NCBI GenBank assembly: GCA_963422305.1 | Contig: OY729422.1 | Location: 2,280,436 to 2,344,435, forward strand | Length of the DNA: 64,000 nucleotides | Source of the DNA: Bryobacterales bacterium | Lineage (GTDB): Bacteria > Acidobacteriota > Terriglobia > Bryobacterales > UBA6623 | Reading direction: 5' to 3' | Shown here: positions 57,742 through 64,000 of the stretch, one piece after another | Layout of the letters: every line of letters begins with the position of its first letter | How positions within the stretch are numbered: position 1 is the stretch's first letter | Notes under the pieces: generated by a model | What the model was told of the DNA's origin: nothing | The model's input: the letters and a program-made list of their open reading frames with translations, nothing else | Databases searched by the model: none | Position numbers and translations under genes: made by a program

Positions 57742-58305
57742 CTAAATGCCCTGCCAGCGTAGCGTTAAAGCGTCGCTGAAGCCCAGTAAATCCAGCAGCC
57801 GTCCGACTCCCTGATCGACGATTTCATCGACCGACTGCGGCTTCGTGTAAAACGCCGGCATAGGCGGCGCAACGATCGCGCCCATCTCCGTCACCGTCGT
57901 CATGGCGCGCAGATGGCCCAAGTGCAAGGGGGTCTCGCGAACCATTAGAACCAACGGCCGCCTCTCCTTCAAAGTCACGTCGGCAGCCCGTACAAGCAGG
58001 TTCGACGCGATTCCCGCCGCGATCGACGACAGAGTGTTGATCGAACAGGGAGCGATCGCCATCCCATCCGTCAAGAACGACCCGCCGGCGATCGACGCCC
58101 CGATCCGCTCGACGGGATGGATATCATCGACCAACGACCGTAAATCCTTGACAAGCTTGCCGGTTTCCTGATGCAGTGTCTTCTCCCCGGCACGGCTGAC
58201 GATCAGATGCTTCTCCACCTCGGCGCGCTCGGCCAACCGCTCAAGCAAACGAACGCCGTAAACCGCGCCGCTGGCGCCGCTGATGCCGATGACGATACGC
58301 TTCAT
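57742..58305 (-). CDS. ubiX: Flavin prenyltransferase UbiX
   Basis: MKRIVIGISGASGAVYGVRLLE, PCSINTLSSIAAGI, RRPLVLMVRETPL. Confidence 0.9.
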   Translation of the reverse strand: MKRIVIGISGASGAVYGVRLLERLAERAEVEKHLIVSRAGEKTLHQETGKLVKDLRSLVDDIHPVERIGASIAGGSFLTDGMAIAPCSINTLSSIAAGIASNLLVRAADVTLKERRPLVLMVRETPLHLGHLRAMTTVTEMGAIVAPPMPAFYTKPQSVDEIVDQGVGRLLDLLGFSDALTLRWQGI

Positions 58306-58465
58306 GCGGGTTTGTCTTTGACAGTATCAGAACGGCGCGCTTCCCGTTCGCGCTTCGGTCGTCTCGAAAGACGAGCCGCAAGTGGATTTTCTCGATCGGC
58401 AAAGCCCGCGGAGCGGTGGAAAAAAGGCTCGAAGGCGCCGGAGATCCCTATTTGCTTGCGGTAGC

Positions 58466-59350
58466 ATGAGTGTTCCAATGTATTGCGCTGTATGCGGCTC
58501 GTCGATAGAAGAATCGGCCAAGTTCTGCGCCCGGTGCGGCGCTCCGGCGCTGCGCGAAGGGGCGGCCGCGCAGTCAAGCTCAGCGGAGCGAATCTGGTCT
58601 CAACGAGTTGGTAAAGAGCGGGCGGGCGAGGGATTGGCCGCGCAGCCGGTCTCAGCCGCCGCGTCCCCTGCGCTTCCGGCAACCGCCAACTTCGATTTCA
58701 CCGCCGGAGCACTCGACTTTTTCTTCCGGTTGCTCGGCGCAATATTTGCAATGATGCTTGTGATTCCAGCCCCCTGGATAGCCTGTTGGTACGCGCGCCG
58801 GATCGTGAGCCATGTGCGCTTGAGCGACGGGACCGCTCTGATGTTCACGGGCGTGCCGAGCAGCGTAGCCATCGTAGCGATTCTATACGGTATCTTCCTT
58901 CTCGCTTCCGCGACTTATGAGGACGATGAGCTTTGGAGCAACATTTTGACCCTGGCGGGGATACCCTTGGGGTGGGCCGTTCTCCGCTGGTTCGTCAACC
59001 ATGCGCAACTCGGCGCGAGTTCGTTTCGCTTCGACGGATCGATATGGGGTTATATCGGCTGGGCTCTGCTGACGTACCTCTCAATTCTGACTATCGTTGG
59101 CTGGGCTTGGGTAATGGCGGCCTTCTACCGCTGGATCGCGCGCAATACCCGACATTCCGAAGGAGTCCTGCGGTTTGTCGGCGAGGGGCATCAGATCCTT
59201 TGGAGGCTGCTCATCTTCATCCTTTTTTGCCTGCCGGTCATAACATTGCCTTGGGCAATGAAATGGTTGTTTCGTTGGTTTGTGCAGCGAGTCGAATGGG
59301 AGCGCCAAGCCTCCCCTCCCCCTGTCGCATCGTACCCATCGTCGCGGTGA
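58466..59350 (+). CDS. Zinc-ribbon membrane protein (DUF898/YjgN-like body)
   Basis: N-terminal MYCAVCGSSIEESAKFCARCGAP zinc ribbon. Two similar TM-pair halves (...LMFTGVPSS... and ...FRFDGSIWGY...). The family assignment is tentative. Confidence 0.45.
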   Translation: MSVPMYCAVCGSSIEESAKFCARCGAPALREGAAAQSSSAERIWSQRVGKERAGEGLAAQPVSAAASPALPATANFDFTAGALDFFFRLLGAIFAMMLVIPAPWIACWYARRIVSHVRLSDGTALMFTGVPSSVAIVAILYGIFLLASATYEDDELWSNILTLAGIPLGWAVLRWFVNHAQLGASSFRFDGSIWGYIGWALLTYLSILTIVGWAWVMAAFYRWIARNTRHSEGVLRFVGEGHQILWRLLIFILFCLPVITLPWAMKWLFRWFVQRVEWERQASPPPVASYPSSR

Positions 59351-60102
59351 ACATCTCGGGCGCCATTGTCACTCTCAACGAAGAAGCGAATATCGGACGC
59401 GCCGTTCGCTCCTTGCATTTTTGCGATGAGGTCGTCGTTGTCGATTGCCGATCGACCGACCGCACGCGCCGGATCGCGGAGTCTTTGGGCGCTCGGGTCA
59501 TCGTAAGCGAGTGGCCCGGCTACGCCAAGCAGAAGAATTTCTGCGCTCAAGCCGCCGCCAACGACTGGATTCTCTCGATCGACGCCGACGAGGAAATCAG
59601 CGCGGAACTGGCGAAAGAAATCGAGGATGTCCGCCGCAAGGGGACGGAGCATGCCGGCTTCGATTTCCCCCGTCTGGCTCGTTATCGGGGCGTCTGGATC
59701 CGTCATTCCGGATGGTATCCCGACCGCAAGATCCGCCTGTACCGCCGCGGCGCGGCGCGCTGGGTCGGCGACTACGTGCATGAATCCGTGGAAATCGAAG
59801 GTTCCGTCGGCCACCTGAACGGCAACCTCCTGCACTACACTTGCGACTCCGCGGCGGAGCACCTGCAGACGATCGAGCGGTATACCGATCTGGCCGCCCG
59901 CGAGCTGTACGACCACGGCAACCGGACGCCCCGGCATCGCTTGCTCGTGTCGCCGCCGGCGGCGTTCCTGCGGTCGTTTCTTTGGAAACTCGGTTTTCTC
60001 GACGGCGCGGTCGGGTTTACCATCGCGCGCATGGCGGCGCTGTATGCCTACAAGAAGTACGCCAAGGCCAGGAGACTTGCAGCGCAACGGGATGGGCATT
60101 AG
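59347..60102 (+). CDS. Family 2 glycosyltransferase (LPS-core WaaE/KdtX-like)
   Basis: GTG in a GTGA overlap with the upstream stop. ISGAIVTLNEEANIGRAVRSL, VVVVDCRSTDRT, WILSIDADEEIS. The track ORF 58933 start is unsupported. Confidence 0.7.
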   Translation: MNISGAIVTLNEEANIGRAVRSLHFCDEVVVVDCRSTDRTRRIAESLGARVIVSEWPGYAKQKNFCAQAAANDWILSIDADEEISAELAKEIEDVRRKGTEHAGFDFPRLARYRGVWIRHSGWYPDRKIRLYRRGAARWVGDYVHESVEIEGSVGHLNGNLLHYTCDSAAEHLQTIERYTDLAARELYDHGNRTPRHRLLVSPPAAFLRSFLWKLGFLDGAVGFTIARMAALYAYKKYAKARRLAAQRDGH

Positions 60103-60105
60103 CCA

Positions 60106-61005
60106 ATGCGAGTCTTGCACATCGACATCGGCCGCGAGATGCGCGGCGGACAATACCAGATGCTGCTGCTCGTCGACGGGCTGCGCCGCGAAGGAGTCTC
60201 CCAGACGGTACTGGCGAACGCCGCGCCGGCTTCTCAAGAAGCCCGGCCCGTATCATGGCGGGCTGTCCGCCGCCGCGCCCGGCAGGCGGACATCATTCAT
60301 GCTCACGACGCGCACGCGCATACGCTCGCTGTAATCCACGGCGCCGGAAAACCCGTCGTCGTATCCCGCCGGGTCGCTTTTCCGGTCAAGACCGGCTTCT
60401 TGTCGCGCTGGAAATACGGCCGCGCCGCGCACTACCTCGCTGTTTCTCGATTTGTCGCCGCTGAATTGACTGCCGCCGGAGTGGCCGCGGATAAAATCTC
60501 GGTCGTCCACGACGCCGTCAATCCCGACCGGCCGGTGCGCATCGAAACACGCGAAAACCACCCGTTCCGTGTTCTGATCCACAGCCTTGCCGACCCCCAA
60601 AAAGGCGGCGTTCCGGCGGCCGCGGCGTGCCGGGAAGCAGGCATGGTTCCGTCGCTTGCGGTGAACCTCCCCGCCGACCTGCCCCAAGCCGATGTTTTTC
60701 TCTACCTGTCGGAAGCTGAGGGGCTGGGCTCCGCCATTCTGCTGGCAATGGCCTCCGGCGTGCCCGTAATCGCGAGCAACGTCGGGGGCATCCCGGAGTT
60801 GGTTCATCACGAGAAAACCGGCCTGCTCGTAGAAAACGATGTCGGCAGCGCCGCCGCGGCACTGCGCCGTCTGCACGCGGACCCCGCTCTCCGCCGACGC
60901 CTGGCAGCCGCTGCCCGCGGCAGGGTCATCGAAGAATTCAGCGATACTAAGATGGTGCGCGAGACGCTCGCGATCTATCGTCGCATCCTCAGACTCTCTC
61001 CGTGA
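60106..61005 (+). CDS. Family 1/4 (GT-B) glycosyltransferase
   Basis: MRVLHIDIG..., EGLGSAILLAMASGVPVIASNVGGIPELV...TGLLVE (EX7E-type motif). Confidence 0.8.
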   Translation: MRVLHIDIGREMRGGQYQMLLLVDGLRREGVSQTVLANAAPASQEARPVSWRAVRRRARQADIIHAHDAHAHTLAVIHGAGKPVVVSRRVAFPVKTGFLSRWKYGRAAHYLAVSRFVAAELTAAGVAADKISVVHDAVNPDRPVRIETRENHPFRVLIHSLADPQKGGVPAAAACREAGMVPSLAVNLPADLPQADVFLYLSEAEGLGSAILLAMASGVPVIASNVGGIPELVHHEKTGLLVENDVGSAAAALRRLHADPALRRRLAAAARGRVIEEFSDTKMVRETLAIYRRILRLSP

Positions 61006-61826
61006 CCGTCGCTATCTCGTTCCTTTTCGGGCTGCTCATCGGCAGTTTCCTGAATGTCTGCATTCGGCGTTGGCCGGCCGAAGAATCCGTAATCTCTCCG
61101 CGCTCCCGCTGCCCACACTGTCGGCATACGATCGCCTGGTTCGACAACGTCCCGATCTTAAGTTATCTGCTGTTGCGAGGCCGCTGCCGCCGCTGCGCCG
61201 CGCGCATCTCCCCGCGTTATCCGCTCGTCGAGCTGACGAACGCGGCCCTGTACGCCGTCATCGCCGAACGCGGCGGCTGGAGCCCCGAGTCCGCCAAGAT
61301 GATGCTCTTCGCCTCCATGATGATCGTTCTGTTCTACACCGACTTGGCCGAGCGCATCCTGCCGGACGAGATCACTGTGGGGGGAGGCGTTATCGGGGTC
61401 GCGCTGAGCCCCTTTCTGCCGCTCGACGCAGGGCTTGCCGACATCGCGTTCTTGCTGCTGAGCAAAGACCCCGAGCCGTGGTTGCGCTCGCTCGCCGAAT
61501 CGGCGCTGGGGGCCGTTCTCTTCGGCGGCGTCCTCTTTCTCATCGGCGAGATCTATTTCCGCCTGCGGAGCATTGACGGCTTGGGACTCGGGGATGTCAA
61601 AATGGCGGCGATGATCGCGGCATTCTGGGGCGTCCCGCAGGCGCTGCTCGTGTTAATTGCCGGCTCGATCGCGGCGGCGACAACAGGCGTCCTGATCGTC
61701 TTAATCGCCGGAAAGGATTGGAAATACGCGCTCCCGTTCGGAAGCTATCTGGCCGCCGCGTCCGTGCCGGCTATGTTTTGGACAAGGGATATCTTGACCT
61801 GGTATTGGCATTGGACGACAGGATGA
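61002..61826 (+). CDS. pilD: Prepilin peptidase (A24 family, PilD-type)
   Basis: GTGA overlap with the upstream stop. [34 protein letters not shown] zinc motif. Catalytic-Asp contexts [12 protein letters not shown] and [14 protein letters not shown]. Confidence 0.85.
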   Translation: MTVAISFLFGLLIGSFLNVCIRRWPAEESVISPRSRCPHCRHTIAWFDNVPILSYLLLRGRCRRCAARISPRYPLVELTNAALYAVIAERGGWSPESAKMMLFASMMIVLFYTDLAERILPDEITVGGGVIGVALSPFLPLDAGLADIAFLLLSKDPEPWLRSLAESALGAVLFGGVLFLIGEIYFRLRSIDGLGLGDVKMAAMIAAFWGVPQALLVLIAGSIAAATTGVLIVLIAGKDWKYALPFGSYLAAASVPAMFWTRDILTWYWHWTTG

Positions 61827-62848
61827 AACTGCGCGACATCGCTTCCGCCCTCGGTTGCACCCTCACCGGCGCCGTGGAGGGCGTCGCCGACCTGGAAATC
61901 AGCGGCGCGGCGGGACTGGAAGAAGCTGGCCCGACCGAGTTGACGTTCCTTTCGAACCCTAAGTACACCCCGCTCGTGCGGCAGACCAAGGCCGCTGCAG
62001 TTCTCATCGAGGCCGCCGGCGCGGACTGCCCGGCGGCTCTCTTGTTGTCTTCGAATCCGTACCTCGATTTCGCGCGCGCGCTCGCATTATTTCAACCGCC
62101 CGAGAAACGCGAGCCCGGCATCCACCCAACGGCGGTCATTGCCGACTCGGCCAGGATCGGCGCCAACTCCTCGATCGGCCCCTGCGTGGTGATTGAGGCC
62201 GGGGCCGTCATCGGACGCAACGCCGTGCTGCGTCCTCATGTCGTGATCGAGCGCGGCGCAACGATCGGCGACGATTTTGAAGCTCATTCTCAAGTCACGG
62301 TGCGCCGCGGGTCGCGCATCGGGAATCGGGTGATCCTGCACAACGGCGTGACGGTCGGCTCCGACGGGTTCGGTTTTGCCCGCCGCGCCGATGGCAGTCA
62401 TCACAAGATCCCACAGACGGGCATCGCGGTTATCGAAGACGACGTCGAGATTCAAGCGGGCGCCTGCATCGACCGCGCCGCGGTCGGTGAAACGCGCATC
62501 GGACGCGGGACGAAAATCGACAACCTCGTCCAAATCGGCCACGCGGTCAAGATCGGCGCCGACACGATCGTTTGCGCCCAAGTCGGCATCGCCGGCAGTA
62601 CCGTCGTCGGGAGCAACTGCATTTTCGCCGGACAAGTCGGCCTCGTCAATCACCTCAAAGTCGGCGACGGCGTGCTCATCACGGCACAGTCGGGAGTTTC
62701 GAGCGACCTGCCCGACGGCGCCAAGGTCTCCGGCTACCCGGCAACAGACAATCGTCAATGGCTGCGCTCAACCGTCGTCTATAACCGCCTGCCGGAACTC
62801 GCCCGCGAGGTGCGTAGGCTGCGCAAGAAGATCGACGAGGAAGACTAA
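61823..62848 (+). CDS. lpxD: UDP-3-O-acylglucosamine N-acyltransferase
   Basis: ATGA overlap with the pilD stop. [19 protein letters not shown], hexapeptide repeats, GFGF..., QIGHAV.IG. Confidence 0.9.
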   Translation: MKLRDIASALGCTLTGAVEGVADLEISGAAGLEEAGPTELTFLSNPKYTPLVRQTKAAAVLIEAAGADCPAALLLSSNPYLDFARALALFQPPEKREPGIHPTAVIADSARIGANSSIGPCVVIEAGAVIGRNAVLRPHVVIERGATIGDDFEAHSQVTVRRGSRIGNRVILHNGVTVGSDGFGFARRADGSHHKIPQTGIAVIEDDVEIQAGACIDRAAVGETRIGRGTKIDNLVQIGHAVKIGADTIVCAQVGIAGSTVVGSNCIFAGQVGLVNHLKVGDGVLITAQSGVSSDLPDGAKVSGYPATDNRQWLRSTVVYNRLPELAREVRRLRKKIDEED

Positions 62849-63118
62849 TGGGCGAACCGTTGCAGCCAGCGGGTATCCGACCCAGTCCCGTCGCGCGACG
62901 GGCGTCTTGCCGCGCGTGGATCGCGAGCGGCGCGTCAGTGAGTCCGAAGTGAAAATCGATTGACCGACACACGCCGACCCGGTGGGCCGCCATTCCATAC
63001 AGCCCAACCACAGCAAGCTCTTCAAGGCGCTGCTGACGGTCCGTGCGCCCAACTGGAAGCAACACGATATTCAGCATCATTAGGAGTCGCGGGTGGCGTA
63101 GGCGCCGGTCCGTTGCCG

Positions 63119-63508
63119 CTAACTCGAAAAAAAGGCGGCCTTGACCGCCAGCCCGATAATCAACACCTGCGCCGGAACCAAAAAACGAAAAACGACCCAC
63201 TTCAAGAGATCGATATCCTTGCGCAACTCAGCCATCTCCTGCCGGTCGGCCGCTCTATACTCGGCCATCTCCTGCCGGTCGGCAGCCCTGTACTCGGCCA
63301 TCTCTTGCCGATCGGCAGCCCTGTACTCGGCCATCTCTTGCCGATCGGCAGCCCTGTACCCGGCCATATCAGCCCGCAACTCGAGAATGTCCTGCTTGGT
63401 AGCCAGGTTGTCTCCGATGGGGATTGCGGAAGCGGCCTCTTTGGCCTTCTGTTCGGACGCCCCTGCTTCTACCAGCGCTTCATAAACTTCGGTAACGAGA
63501 ATACTCAT
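63119..63508 (-). CDS. DUF1640-like coiled-coil protein with C-terminal TM helix and an internal 11-aa x4 repeat
   Basis: MSILVTEVYEALVEAGASEQKAKEAA...LATKQDILELRADMA, then (G/E)YRAADRQEMA four times, then LRKDIDLLKWVVF..IIGLAVKAAFF. Confidence 0.5.
   Translation of the reverse strand: MSILVTEVYEALVEAGASEQKAKEAASAIPIGDNLATKQDILELRADMAGYRAADRQEMAEYRAADRQEMAEYRAADRQEMAEYRAADRQEMAELRKDIDLLKWVVFRFLVPAQVLIIGLAVKAAFFSS
63231..63362. repeat. 33-bp in-frame tandem repeat, 4 complete units
   Basis: Units at 63231-63263, 63264-63296, 63297-63329 and 63330-63362 (plus strand GCCATCTCYTGCCGRTCGGC...). A partial further copy GCCATATC follows. Confidence 0.9.
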
Positions 63509-63662
63509 GGGCTTGCGGACAACAGCCGCTCAGCGATTACTTTATCAGATCGTAGAGAGCCGGGACCACTATCCGCGGATTGTTCTATAACTGTCTGTGA
63601 TCGCAATTCATGCAGCCGCTTACAACTGACCGGCAGAATTTCGGATTACACTTGGACTCGAT

Positions 63663-64000
63663 ATGCAGCACAACCTTGACCGCAGAGAATTTCTAACCGC
63701 AGTATCCTCCGGCTTCGTTTCGCTTGGCTGCAACCCAGCCGCACCGCCCGCCGCCGGTCTCCGTCTGTGGTGCCGGAGTCCCGCGGCGGAGTGGGTAGAG
63801 GCATTGCCCGTGGGCAACGGACGCCTCGGCGCGATGGTCTTCGGGGGCGTCTCCTCGGAGAGAATCCAGTTCAACGAAGACACCGTCTGGCAAGGCGAAC
63901 CTCACGATTATGCCCACGTCGGCGCGCACCGCTACCTCGACCGCATCCGCCGACTCCTGACGGCCGGCAAGCAGGCCGCAGCCGAACAATTCGCAATGGA
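63663..64000 (+). CDS. Glycoside hydrolase family 95-like (alpha-L-fucosidase type), 5' partial, TAT signal
   Basis: Not in the track because it runs off the window end. [18 protein letters not shown]..., then [46 protein letters not shown], the typical GH95 N-terminal signature. Confidence 0.6.
   Translation, partial: MQHNLDRREFLTAVSSGFVSLGCNPAAPPAAGLRLWCRSPAAEWVEALPVGNGRLGAMVFGGVSSERIQFNEDTVWQGEPHDYAHVGAHRYLDRIRRLLTAGKQAAAEQFAM

Noticed and set aside
63231-63362. The 33-bp direct repeats as a CRISPR array.
   Set aside because: The units are contiguous with no spacers, lie in-frame inside a CDS, and encode a repeated peptide. No cas genes are present.

Overview
This is a high-GC, densely coding chromosomal segment from a Gram-negative bacterium. 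It carries many Sec/TAT-exported sulfatases, DUF1501, DUF1080, ThuA, Gfo/Idh/MocA and GH95 proteins, an ECF sigma module and an HpnI-like glycosyltransferase. That content suggests an Acidobacteriota- or PVC-type heterotroph, but this is inference only. I support about 55 protein genes on both strands and one tRNA-Leu(CAG). I saw no rRNA, CRISPR array, transposase, integrase or phage genes. Housekeeping anchors are thiI, rpmI-rplT-pheS-pheT (no infC), maeB, iolD, accA, zapB-like/zapA, ACP+fabF, ubiX, pilD and lpxD. Three things stand out. (1) At least six genes are multi-lesion pseudogenes (frameshifts, in-frame stops of all three kinds, internal deletions, truncation) while neighbouring long housekeeping genes are intact. 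They are a YqiA-like esterase, one of two DUF1501 paralogs, narK, a NasA-like molybdoenzyme with an anchor-subunit remnant, rmuC, and an SDR. (2) Four co-directional genes encode a LuxC-like reductase, a LuxE/PaaK-like adenylating enzyme, a DegT aminotransferase and an ABM monooxygenase. Together they could convert a carboxylate to an aldehyde and then to an amine, and they are split by a 526-bp ORF-free spacer. This is the best candidate for an uncharacterised system, and it rests on by-eye family recognition. (3) A coiled-coil membrane protein contains a 33-bp in-frame tandem repeat (x4) whose copies differ almost only at synonymous sites. All family calls come from motifs read by eye. No searches or computations were run.
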